Positions 45,678 to 53,614 of a stretch of 64,000 nt of DNA are shown here, piece after piece (position 1 is the first letter of the stretch; each line of letters starts with the position of its first letter). A model generated the notes under the pieces. That model ran no database searches. It had not been told where the DNA came from and saw nothing but the letters and a program-made list of their open reading frames with translations. Made by a program: the position numbers and the translations under genes. Source of the stretch: Minisyncoccota bacterium (GTDB lineage: Bacteria > Patescibacteriota > Minisyncoccia > UBA6257 > 2-01-FULL-56-20); contig DATJLR010000003.1 of NCBI GenBank assembly GCA_035509435.1, positions 11,853-75,852 of the forward strand, read 5' to 3'.

Positions 45678-46811
45678 TCATATCATATCGCTCCCCTTCG
45701 CATCCTTCGCCCTCATTTTTTTGCCGATCTTCTTATCGGGCGCCATCTCCACCCGCGTCCGCGGCAGGCTCTCCGGATAGTGCGCCTGCAGGAACGTGAT
45801 CAGGCCCTCGCGCACCGCGCACCGCAGGTCCCATGCCGCCGAGGATGACGCGGCGCTTACGAGCGCGCGCAGTTCCACCGTCCGGTCGGTCGCGTCGGTC
45901 ACCTGGATAAGCTGGACACGATGATCCCAGAGCGGCGACCCGTTCACGATCCGCTTCAGTTCCTCACGCAGCGGATCGACCGGGACGGTGTAGTCCGTGT
46001 AGATGAATACCGTGCCAAGCAGCTGCGCGCTCGTGCGCGTCCAGTTCTCGAACGGCGTATTGATGAAATAGCTTATTGGAAGCACCAGCCGCCGCTCGTC
46101 CCAGATCTTGACCACTACATACGTGAGCATGATCTCCTCGATCCTCCCCCAGTCCCCTTCGACGACCACCACATCGTCAAGCCGGATGGGTTGGGCGAAG
46201 GCCACCTGCAATCCCGCGAAAATATTGCCAAGCGACGTTTGCGCGGCAAATCCGAGCACGACGCCCACGATGCCCGCCGACGCAAGCAGTGAAAAGCCGA
46301 ACTGCCGCACCGCCTCGAACGTCATGAGCGCTGCCGCGACGGCGAAAAAAAGGATAGCGACCGACACCACCCGCTGGATCATGCGGACCTGCGTCAGCAC
46401 GTGCCGCGCGCGGAGATTATCGGCGATCGAGATGTCGTAGCGATGCAGCGCGACATCCTTCATTGCCGCCGTCGCCGCGAGCGCGAGCCACGCAATGCCT
46501 ACGATGAACCAGATGTCGAGCGCCTGGCTTATGCCGGACGCAACACCTGCGCTTACGCCCGGAAACGGGCGCGCAAGCTGGAATAGGATGCCTAATATAA
46601 GGAACCGGACCGGCCAGATATGCTTCTTCCACCAGAACATGGCTCCTTCGCGCTCTTTCCTTGGGAATGCCCAGCGCAAAATAAGAGAAACGATCCACGG
46701 AATGATGACCACCCCAAGCAGAATGTCCGCCACGCCAAGAATGATCCCGGTGACCGCCACTCCCTGCGGCACACCGTAGGATATTAAAAATGTATTAAGT
46801 TGTTGGAACAT
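45678..46811 (-). CDS. MscS-family small-conductance mechanosensitive channel
   Basis: 377 aa; TM region plus the conserved pore-helix/beta-domain region 'GNIFAGLQVAFAQPIRLDDVVVVEGDWGRIEEIMLTYVVVK'. Confidence 0.85.
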   Translation of the reverse strand: MFQQLNTFLISYGVPQGVAVTGIILGVADILLGVVIIPWIVSLILRWAFPRKEREGAMFWWKKHIWPVRFLILGILFQLARPFPGVSAGVASGISQALDIWFIVGIAWLALAATAAMKDVALHRYDISIADNLRARHVLTQVRMIQRVVSVAILFFAVAAALMTFEAVRQFGFSLLASAGIVGVVLGFAAQTSLGNIFAGLQVAFAQPIRLDDVVVVEGDWGRIEEIMLTYVVVKIWDERRLVLPISYFINTPFENWTRTSAQLLGTVFIYTDYTVPVDPLREELKRIVNGSPLWDHRVQLIQVTDATDRTVELRALVSAASSSAAWDLRCAVREGLITFLQAHYPESLPRTRVEMAPDKKIGKKMRAKDAKGSDMI

Positions 46812-46874
46812 GTGATCTTATTGTAACGCCGCCCACGGCATGCGTGAAGGGCGCCCGACGACAGTATGCGATCG

Positions 46875-47255
46875 CTAAAACACTCCCGGCACCAGGTGCC
46901 ACCGCACCTTCGCGCAATATTCTTTGTAGCCGGCCAAATTTTGCGCAAGAAATTTTTCCTCGTCATATAACCGCCACACGAGGCCGAGGCTCGCAAAGAT
47001 GTCAGGGATGGATCGATAGCACCGAGAAAGAAAAAGGCGCACCACGTGGATGCGCCTTGCACTCAAACGGCCGCCGGCTTATTTCCCGATCTTCCGAAAT
47101 TGCCGGATACCCAACACAAGGAGAACAGCAAGATACAATCCGCAAAAAACAAGGATCCACCGCACCGCCACCAGCTGGGCCGAAGTCAGGGAATAATCCG
47201 GCTCCGCGTGAAGGACGGCGTGGGGCATCAAAGTCATGAGAAACGCCATTGCCAT
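46875..47255 (-). pseudogene. ICMT/PEMT-family methyltransferase remnant interrupted by in-frame TAA (47079-47081) and carrying an embedded terminator-like hairpin
   Basis: Track ORFs 47079..47495 and 46875..47066 are in the same frame, separated by one stop. The C-terminal part 'VWRLYDEEKFLAQNLAGYKEYCAKVRWHLVPGVF' matches the ICMT/PEMT C-terminal motif. The central 'RHPxY' region is missing. Confidence 0.4.
47026..47056 (-). repeat. copy 3 (diverged) of GGCGCA...TGCGCC hairpin+T-run element, inside ICMT remnant
   Basis: Minus strand GGCGCATCCACGTGGTGCGCC + TTTTTCTTTC; shares the AAAGAAAAAGGCGCA...TGCGCC architecture with copies at 24211 and 25199. Confidence 0.5.
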
Positions 47256-47533
47256 AACGCCTCCGCTGGAATCTTTATAGTACAGGCCGGGGTAAAAGGA
47301 AAGGGCGCGGTCCGGGAAGGAACGCGCCCCATGTCGTTTTCGCCTGTCACCCCAAATGTGGAAATGGACGCTGCGGCCTCGACGAGCTTCTTGTGGACCG
47401 AGTTCAGTTGCGGCTCGTTGAGCTTGGGCAAACACCACGCTTTGACCACCAGCATATCCTATCCTCCTAAAATGGAACTGGGCATACGATAGCACTTTTT
47501 TATAATCCGGGCAAATATGGGGAGCACTGCTTC

Positions 47534-48061
47534 TTAATATAAACCCTCGTTTTTAAATGGGATCAGGGAAAATATCACCGCCTCTATATAATATTTTGTC
47601 CTATCGATCACATCATCCGTCAAAATGCCGATCGCGCCATTGCCGTGTCCGGATTTGCTCCTCTTGAACACGATGTCGTCCGCCTCCGCGAGCTCTTTGC
47701 CCTGCTTGACAAGCTCCGCGATCTGTTTCGGCAAAAAGAACGTGCCGGTCCTCCCCTTCCCGTACCTGCCATCCTTCGATCTGACCACCACCCACGCGAA
47801 GACCTCCATTTCCGAACCCTTTTCCTCCACGCCGCCCTCGATCCCCACCCAAAAATCCGCGGGCGTTCCCTTTGAAACATTTTCCACGCGATTCCAGGCG
47901 CCCTGATACGCCTCGGCATCGCTCATGGGCTGGTCGCCCACTCCCGACGCCGCGGCGACGCCTTCCACCTCAAATTGTTCGGAGGGAAATATCTTGCGAA
48001 ATCCCTCAAGGGCAGCGTTCAGCTTGACGGGATTTTTTGAGGCGACGATGATCTTTTTCAT
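47534..48061 (-). CDS. inosine/xanthosine triphosphatase (YjjX/DUF84 non-canonical NTP phosphatase)
   Basis: 175 aa; 'IIVASKNPVKLNAA' N-terminus and 'FWVGIEGGV' are typical of YjjX-family ITPases. Confidence 0.75.
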   Translation of the reverse strand: MKKIIVASKNPVKLNAALEGFRKIFPSEQFEVEGVAAASGVGDQPMSDAEAYQGAWNRVENVSKGTPADFWVGIEGGVEEKGSEMEVFAWVVVRSKDGRYGKGRTGTFFLPKQIAELVKQGKELAEADDIVFKRSKSGHGNGAIGILTDDVIDRTKYYIEAVIFSLIPFKNEGLY

Positions 48062-48351
48062 TCTTCCTTCTTTTTATCGGCAGAATTCGGATTATTCCTT
48101 TGATAAATGAATATTCCTGCGATGGTCGCTAACGGGCCTAAAGTGAAAATGCCAGCCGCTACTGGCTGCCCATTCAGTGCAAGATAAACAGCGCACCCGA
48201 ATCCGGCCAAAACGATCAAGGATGCGGGATGGGGCAACGGACCCTCAAAGCTCTCTTCGATTATGCGCTCCCGAGGGCGTCGGATCGCCGGAGCGCCAGC
48301 TGGATGGGCATCCGGAGGCGTGCTAGGCGCGGGCGTGAGCGGCGGGGGCAT
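48058..48351 (-). CDS. small Pro-rich membrane protein, hypothetical
   Basis: 97 aa; 4-nt overlap with the downstream ITPase gene; two TM helices. Confidence 0.4.
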   Translation of the reverse strand: MPPPLTPAPSTPPDAHPAGAPAIRRPRERIIEESFEGPLPHPASLIVLAGFGCAVYLALNGQPVAAGIFTLGPLATIAGIFIYQRNNPNSADKKKEE

Positions 48352-48574
48352 TTTCTGTGATAGCTGATCTTAGATCATCGCCAACCGCTTTCCAATCAGA
48401 TTTTAAAGAATTGAGATCGGCCTCTTTCGTGGTCTTGTCAGTATGATACAGATCAATGATTTCCCTAAAATCAAAGAGGCTGGTAAATCCTTTTAAAAAA
48501 GTGGGTTCGTCAAATAACCGGAAGGTATATTTCCCGGCGGCGTTTTCTTTGAAATTTTCGATATAAGATCCCAT
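48323..48574 (-). CDS. hypothetical small protein (AT-rich islet)
   Basis: 83-aa ORF overlapping the 48058..48351 ORF by 29 nt; no motif. Confidence 0.3.
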   Translation of the reverse strand: MGSYIENFKENAAGKYTFRLFDEPTFLKGFTSLFDFREIIDLYHTDKTTKEADLNSLKSDWKAVGDDLRSAITENAPAAHARA

Positions 48575-48718
48575 AGCAATATTAGTATACTATCCCAATT
48601 CACAAATTGTTTCAAATTGCTTTTAATGGTTTTTTAATCTATTTCCTTAGTTCTACTCCATCCATTCTGATGACGGAAAACTGGTCGTCTGTCCGTGGCG
48701 GATAAGGTAGATGTTCAT

Positions 48719-49009
48719 CTATTGGAACTTCTTAAACCACCTTACCGTCGCCGCATAGAGCTCTTCTTGCCTCCCCTCTTCCCAGAAGGTGTGCGTAGCG
48801 CCCTTGATCACGACGAGCTCCTTTTTGACCTTCGCCGCCTTGTGCATCTTTTTGTTGTTGTTCCAGTTGCGACTCTGGTCAAAATGGCACTGGATACCGC
48901 TAAATGCCGTGTTCATGTTTGGAACAATCACAACATACGGGTCATTGAGGATGCCTTCGTTCACCGACTGGACCAAGCCTGATACCTCAAGCGTCTGATT
49001 CGGCTCCAT
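48719..49009 (-). pseudogene. alpha/beta-hydrolase C-terminal fragment (remnant)
   Basis: 96 aa; 'PYVVIVPNMNTAF...KKELVVIKGATHTFWEEGRQEELYAATVRWFKKF' resembles only the last ~90 residues (catalytic His region) of dienelactone-hydrolase/peptidase S9-type alpha/beta hydrolases. Confidence 0.4.
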
Positions 49010-49259
49010 CTATAAGGTGTGGCTTGATGAGGTCAAGGCTTCCAATAATAAAATCCTTGTGGGCAACTACTCTTTCAAGCTTCGCGAGTTCATGCGCCTT
49101 CCTCCTTGCTTCAAGGTCGTTTTCTTTGAGCGCGAATGAGCCATCTTTTTTTACAGTATAGCCCTGCTGCCTTAACGCAGTAATCACTTGTCTTTTTAGA
49201 TTTATAGCTGAGAATGTAGTGGCCATTTGTTCACTCTCATTATATAACTTTCCAATCAA
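48987..49259 (-). CDS. hypothetical small protein
   Basis: 90-aa ORF in the AT-rich islet; overlaps the upstream fragment by 23 nt. Confidence 0.3.
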   Translation of the reverse strand: MIGKLYNESEQMATTFSAINLKRQVITALRQQGYTVKKDGSFALKENDLEARRKAHELAKLERVVAHKDFIIGSLDLIKPHLIDGAESDA

Positions 49260-49287
49260 AAAGCCCCGACTCCTCGGGGCTCATTGT

Positions 49288-49476
49288 TTATTCTCTACAT
49301 TTTGCCTCTAGATTCCTCACTTTCTGCTCGAGAACATCAACCTTCCCTACTAGCCTATCACGCTCTTCAACTAAGAACTCAATTTCCTTTAAGCGCTTCT
49401 CGAGATTCTTCCATACATCGCTTTCAAACTGAGGTAACGTCCTTTTAAGGAATTGGATATAATCAACGTCAGTCAT
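49288..49476 (-). CDS. small coiled-coil protein, hypothetical
   Basis: 62 aa; heptad-like 'LVEERDRLVGKVDVLEQKVRNLEAKCRE'. Confidence 0.3.
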   Translation of the reverse strand: MTDVDYIQFLKRTLPQFESDVWKNLEKRLKEIEFLVEERDRLVGKVDVLEQKVRNLEAKCRE

Positions 49477-49511
49477 TGTTTTAAAATAAATTACTTCGAC
49501 CTTTATTGAAT

Positions 49512-49540
49512 AAAAACAGCCCCTTTCAGAGCTGTTTTGT
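49512..49540 (-). terminator. intrinsic terminator downstream of rpsI
   Basis: Minus strand AAAACAGC-tctgaaaggg-GCTGTTTTTATT. Confidence 0.6.
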
Positions 49541-49551
49541 GCGGTGTCAGC

Positions 49552-49983
49552 CTAGCGCTTCGCCCACTGCGGGGCCCGCCTGGCCTTGTTCAAGCCATAC
49601 TTCTTGCGCTCCACCATGCGGGAGTCGCGGGTGAGGTAGCCCATGGTGCGGAGGCGGGGCTTCCAGTCCGGTTCCTTGGCGATGATCGCACGGGAGATGC
49701 CGAGGCGCACGGCGCCAGCCTGCGCGTGGATGCCGCCGCCCGTCACGTTCACGGACACGTCGTACGTGTCGAGCTTGAGCTGATCGAGCGGAGAGCGCGC
49801 GTCCGCAACGAGGCGCGGGAGCGTAAAGTAATCCTTGGGCGTCTTGCCGTTCACCGTCATCTTGCCGGTGCCGCCCGGCGTGATGCGCACGCGCGCGATC
49901 GCCGTCTTGCGGCGGCCGACCGCCTCCGTGTAGCGGTGCGAGGACGAAGAATGCTTTGTGGTATGAGGAGTGGTTGTTGCCAT
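49552..49983 (-). CDS. rpsI: 30S ribosomal protein uS9
   Basis: 143 aa; '...GRRKTAIARVRI...GGG..AQAGA...GISRA...', C-terminal 'KKYGLNKARRAPQWAKR'. Confidence 0.9.
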   Translation of the reverse strand: MATTTPHTTKHSSSSHRYTEAVGRRKTAIARVRITPGGTGKMTVNGKTPKDYFTLPRLVADARSPLDQLKLDTYDVSVNVTGGGIHAQAGAVRLGISRAIIAKEPDWKPRLRTMGYLTRDSRMVERKKYGLNKARRAPQWAKR

Positions 49984-50003
49984 GATGCTATTTCGCTTTG
50001 GTG

Positions 50004-50408
50004 TTACTTTGCTTTAACGGCTTTTACCGGACGGACGCGCTTGCCCGCGTTCTTCGGCAGGCCTTCCGGCTCTACGAATATCAAATTCTTGATGCGCTTC
50101 TGCGTGAGGAAGTTGCGCGGAAGCATCTTGCGCACCGCGTGGCGGAGCACGAAGCGCGGATCCTTCTCCATGTGCTGCTCGAACGACTTCTCTTTAAGAT
50201 GGCCGACGTAGCCGGTGTGCTTGTAGTAGACCTTGTCCGTGGCCTTCTTGCCCGTAACGATGATGGAGTCGTAGTTCGACACGTACACTTTGTCGTCGCT
50301 CACGCGATTGGTCTCGAAGGTCGCCGACTTCTTGCCCTGCAGGATGAGGGAAATTTCGGAGGCCAGACGACCTAGTACTTTGTTTTTGGCATCTATATGA
50401 TAGTCCAT
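50004..50408 (-). CDS. rplM: 50S ribosomal protein uL13
   Basis: 134 aa; 'LGRLASEI...LQGK' uL13 N-terminal signature; directly upstream of rpsI. Confidence 0.9.
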   Translation of the reverse strand: MDYHIDAKNKVLGRLASEISLILQGKKSATFETNRVSDDKVYVSNYDSIIVTGKKATDKVYYKHTGYVGHLKEKSFEQHMEKDPRFVLRHAVRKMLPRNFLTQKRIKNLIFVEPEGLPKNAGKRVRPVKAVKAK

Positions 50409-50452
50409 GGCTTGTTGCTGATTACCGGTAAGCAGGGAGTATAAACGATATG

Positions 50453-50806
50453 TTAAACAAATTCAATGCGGGCCATGCTCGTGCCGTCGCGCTTGCGTGC
50501 GCGGCTGAGCTTTGTGATGCGCAGATAGCCCCCGCTCCGCTCCGCGTACTTGGGGCCGTACTCGCTGAAAAGCTTCTTGACGATCTTCTCGTTGCCGACG
50601 CGGCTCGCCACAAGCCGGCGGTTGGCCACGGTCGGCTTCTTGGCGAAGCTCACCAGGCGCTCCACCTTGGGGCGGATCTCCTTCGCGCGCGCTTCCGTCG
50701 TCTCTATCTTTCCCGCGCGGATCAGGTCGTTGCCCAAATTACGCACGAACGAGATGCGTTCGCCTTTGAGCCGTCCAAATTTTCTTCCCCGATGCGCGTG
50801 GTTCAT
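50453..50806 (-). CDS. rplQ: 50S ribosomal protein bL17
   Basis: 117 aa; 'HRGRKFGR...SLVRNL...LIRAGKIETTEARAKE' bL17 signature. Confidence 0.9.
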   Translation of the reverse strand: MNHAHRGRKFGRLKGERISFVRNLGNDLIRAGKIETTEARAKEIRPKVERLVSFAKKPTVANRRLVASRVGNEKIVKKLFSEYGPKYAERSGGYLRITKLSRARKRDGTSMARIEFV

Positions 50807-50827
50807 GGTTCGTTAAATGCTGCCGGA

Positions 50828-51604
50828 TTATTTCTCCTTCTTTTTTGCGGCCGCTTTCTTCTTCGTGCCGCCCTCCGTCTTTGAGTTTTGGGGCGCATCG
50901 AATTCCTTTACCTCCACGCCGCCCACCTTCTCGAAGTGATCCTGAAGGATCTTTGCCGCCTTGTGCAGCGCCGACGACGGGCTGACCGTGCCGTTCGTCG
51001 TGATCTCCAGGCGAAGCCGGTTGTAGTCAGTGCGGTCGCCCACGCGCATGTCCTCGATCGTATAGTTTACCTTTATGACCGGCGTAAAGATCGAGTCGAT
51101 CGCGATCGTGCCGATCGGAAGGCGTCCCTCCGACTTGCGCGCGTCGACCGGTACGTAGCCGAGCCCACGCTCCACTTTGACCTCGATGTCGATCTCGGCG
51201 TCCTTCGCCGTCAGATGGCCGAGCACGACCTCCGGATTGATGATCTCCACGTCCGAATTGAGCTCGATGTCGCCGGCCGTAATCTCACGCTCCCCTTTCA
51301 GTTTGAGCGCAAGCACCTGCGGCTCGTCAACGTGCGAGCGGAAGTAGATCTTCTTGAAATTGAGCGCGAGCTCAACGATATCCTCTTTGAGTCCCGGCAA
51401 TGTGGAAAATTCGTGCGGGACGTTCTTTATCTTGATCTCGGTGACGGCCGCGCCCGGCAGGGACGAGAGCAGCGCGCGGCGAAGCGCGGTGCCGACGGTG
51501 AGCCCGTAACCCGCGTAAAGCCCTTCTATCTCGAACACGCCTTCCCGCGCGTCTTCGGAGATGGTCTTGATGGAAACACTGGAGCTTACATATGCGAATT
51601 CCAT
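50828..51604 (-). CDS. rpoA: DNA-directed RNA polymerase alpha subunit, N-terminal domain only (no alpha-CTD)
   Basis: 258 aa; 'GTALRRALLSSLPGAAVTEIKI' matches the alphaNTD. The protein ends in a Lys-rich tail 'EFDAPQNSKTEGGTKKKAAAKKKEK' where the ~80-aa HhH alpha-CTD would normally follow. Confidence 0.85.
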   Translation of the reverse strand: MEFAYVSSSVSIKTISEDAREGVFEIEGLYAGYGLTVGTALRRALLSSLPGAAVTEIKIKNVPHEFSTLPGLKEDIVELALNFKKIYFRSHVDEPQVLALKLKGEREITAGDIELNSDVEIINPEVVLGHLTAKDAEIDIEVKVERGLGYVPVDARKSEGRLPIGTIAIDSIFTPVIKVNYTIEDMRVGDRTDYNRLRLEITTNGTVSPSSALHKAAKILQDHFEKVGGVEVKEFDAPQNSKTEGGTKKKAAAKKKEK

Positions 51605-51631
51605 TGGTAAATTGTTAAAAATGATTAAGGT

Positions 51632-52252
51632 TTATTTGGAGAACGAATCGACCAGGAGGTTTATTTCGAAAGGGGGGTTGAGGTCCGTCGGCGCGGAGAG
51701 CAGCTCGCCTTCCAGCTTTTCCGGATCCATGCGGAGCCACGACGGCGCCTCGTATTTTTTGATCAGTTCGGCGCGCTCGGTGAAGGTCTTCTTTGCCTTT
51801 GATTCGGTGCGCACGCCGACCACATCGCCTTTGCGCAAACTGTAGCCCGGAGATGTCACCTTTTTCTTGTTGACCGTGATGTGGCCCTGCACGACGAGCT
51901 GCCGTGCGCCGGCGCGGGAAACGGCCCAGCCAAGCAGGAACACGACGGAGTCAAGGCGCGACTCGAGCAACTCCACGAGCTTTGCGCCCGTCGCGCCCTT
52001 GGTGGCCGTCGCGATCGTAAAGAGACGCTTCATGTTGTTCTCGTTCACGCCGTACGCGATCTTGAACTTCGCCTTCTCGCGAAGCTGGAGGCCGAACTCG
52101 GAAAGCGCGCGGGGGCGCGAAACCGGCCCGTGCGCCCCGGGCTTGTACGGCTTGCGCGTGAGCGCGGACTTCGGCGAGGTCGCGCGATCGCCCTTCAGGC
52201 CGAGGCGCACTCCCAATGCCCGCTCTTTTTTCTCTTTAGCTCCTCTTATCAT
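51632..52252 (-). CDS. rpsD: 30S ribosomal protein uS4
   Basis: 206 aa; S4 RNA-binding domain 'RLDSVVFLLGWAVSRAGARQLVVQGHITVN'. Confidence 0.9.
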   Translation of the reverse strand: MIRGAKEKKERALGVRLGLKGDRATSPKSALTRKPYKPGAHGPVSRPRALSEFGLQLREKAKFKIAYGVNENNMKRLFTIATATKGATGAKLVELLESRLDSVVFLLGWAVSRAGARQLVVQGHITVNKKKVTSPGYSLRKGDVVGVRTESKAKKTFTERAELIKKYEAPSWLRMDPEKLEGELLSAPTDLNPPFEINLLVDSFSK

Positions 52253-52284
52253 GGTGATTTAACAGTAGTTGATATGATAACACA

Positions 52285-52749
52285 TTATACGCGGCGTGTC
52301 TTTGCGGGGCGCGGGCCGTTGTGCGGGACGGGCGTGGCGTCTTTGATGGAAAGGATATTGAAGCCGTTATTGATGAGCGAACGGATGGCCGAGTCGCGGC
52401 CGGAGCCGATCCCTTTTACGATCACCGAGATGTCCTTGGGGCCGCTCGCCTGGATCTTTTCCGTGATCGCCGCGATCACCTTGGACGACGCGAACGGCGT
52501 CGCCTTCTTGGGGCCGGCAAAACCAAGCGAACCGGCGCTCGCCCACGCGAGCACATTGCCGGAATTGTCCGTGACGGTGACGACGGTGTTGTTATACGTG
52601 GCATTCACGTACACCTTGCCTTCCTGCACGTGCTTTGCCTTGCGCTTCGCCGCGGTCGCGGACTTGGTGACGGCATTTTCCCCCGCCGCGGCTTTGGTGT
52701 CCTTCGCCGCTGCGTCACCCTCCTGAGTTTTTACGGTTTTCTTTCCCAT
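52285..52749 (-). CDS. rpsK: 30S ribosomal protein uS11
   Basis: 154 aa; 'NATYNNTVVTVTDNSGNVLAWASAG', 'ISVIVKGIGSGRDSAIRSL' uS11 signature. Confidence 0.9.
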   Translation of the reverse strand: MGKKTVKTQEGDAAAKDTKAAAGENAVTKSATAAKRKAKHVQEGKVYVNATYNNTVVTVTDNSGNVLAWASAGSLGFAGPKKATPFASSKVIAAITEKIQASGPKDISVIVKGIGSGRDSAIRSLINNGFNILSIKDATPVPHNGPRPAKTRRV

Positions 52750-52771
52750 AGTGTTAGGTCTTTTGTCGTGA

Positions 52772-53155
52772 TTACTTCAGGTCAACTTTTCTCTTGCCGG
52801 AACCCGCGGTCTTGCGGACATTGCCACGCACGGTGCGGGAGTTGGTCCGGGTGCGCTGTCCGCGCGCCGGAAGGCGCCGGGCGTGGCGCGAACCGCGATA
52901 CGTGCCCAGGTCTTTCAGCCGGCCGATGTTACGCTTGATAAGCTGGCGCAATTCGCCTTCCACCGGATAGCTCTTTTCCAAAAAGTTCTGGATGCGGAGC
53001 ACTTCGTCGGCGGTAAGATCCTTTGCCTTCTTATCCACGCCCACTTTTGCCGCCGCAAGCGCGCGCTTGCTGACCGCAGGGCCGACGCCATACAGATAGG
53101 TGAGCGAGGTCTCGATCCTCTTATTGTCCGGAATGTTCACACCGAAAATACGCAT
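52772..53155 (-). CDS. rpsM: 30S ribosomal protein uS13
   Basis: 127 aa; 'MRIFGVNIPDNKRIETSLTYLYGVG' uS13 N-terminus. Confidence 0.9.
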   Translation of the reverse strand: MRIFGVNIPDNKRIETSLTYLYGVGPAVSKRALAAAKVGVDKKAKDLTADEVLRIQNFLEKSYPVEGELRQLIKRNIGRLKDLGTYRGSRHARRLPARGQRTRTNSRTVRGNVRKTAGSGKRKVDLK

Positions 53156-53173
53156 GGTAGTGGTCGTTGATGA

Positions 53174-53287
53174 TTAGCCCTGGCGCTGTTTATGTTTGGG
53201 ATTCTTGCAGCGAACAAAAAGTTTGCCATTTCGCTTTACGATCTGGCAGCTTGAACATATCTTCTTTATCGAACTTCGTACTTTCAT
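53174..53287 (-). CDS. rpmJ: 50S ribosomal protein bL36
   Basis: Manual translation of the minus strand gives [37 protein letters not shown] (37 aa; C-x2-C...C...H zinc ribbon). Not in the ORF track (under 60 aa). Confidence 0.85.
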   Translation of the reverse strand: MKVRSSIKKICSSCQIVKRNGKLFVRCKNPKHKQRQG

Positions 53288-53328
53288 ATCTTTATATATA
53301 GTGGCCGCGTTCCCGCGGCGCCGAAATA

Positions 53329-53541
53329 CTACAACCTTCGCACGATCCTGCCTTTTTCGCCGTCAGGGCTCAGTTCAACAAGCACCCGGTCGCCGGGCAG
53401 GACCCGGATGTTGTGCATCTTCATTTTTCCCGCAAGATGCGCGAGGATCTCGGTCTCCAAGCCGTTGATCTTGACCCGAAACAGCAAACCCGGCAGGGCC
53501 TCGTACACCTTGCCCTCCTTCGCGGCGTCAGTTTCCATCAC
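53329..53541 (-). CDS. infA: translation initiation factor IF-1
   Basis: 70 aa; S1-like OB fold '[58 protein letters not shown]'. Confidence 0.85.
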   Translation of the reverse strand: MMETDAAKEGKVYEALPGLLFRVKINGLETEILAHLAGKMKMHNIRVLPGDRVLVELSPDGEKGRIVRRL

Positions 53542-53614
53542 GTAAAATCAAGCTCTGGCTCATAAACCAATGAGAGGATTATATACGAGGAGCGGCCGAC
53601 TTGTCAAACATCCC

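Noticed and set aside
24211-47056. Treating the GGCGCA...TGCGCC hairpin repeats as a transposable MITE.
   Set aside because: The copies have no terminal inverted repeats or target-site duplications that I can see. They function plausibly as intrinsic terminators, so they are kept as a dispersed terminator-like repeat family rather than called a mobile element.
46784-47062. 92-aa ORF 46784..47062 in an alternate frame.
   Set aside because: It overlaps the ICMT-remnant frame, which has a clear family motif, and has an Arg/Cys-rich odd composition.
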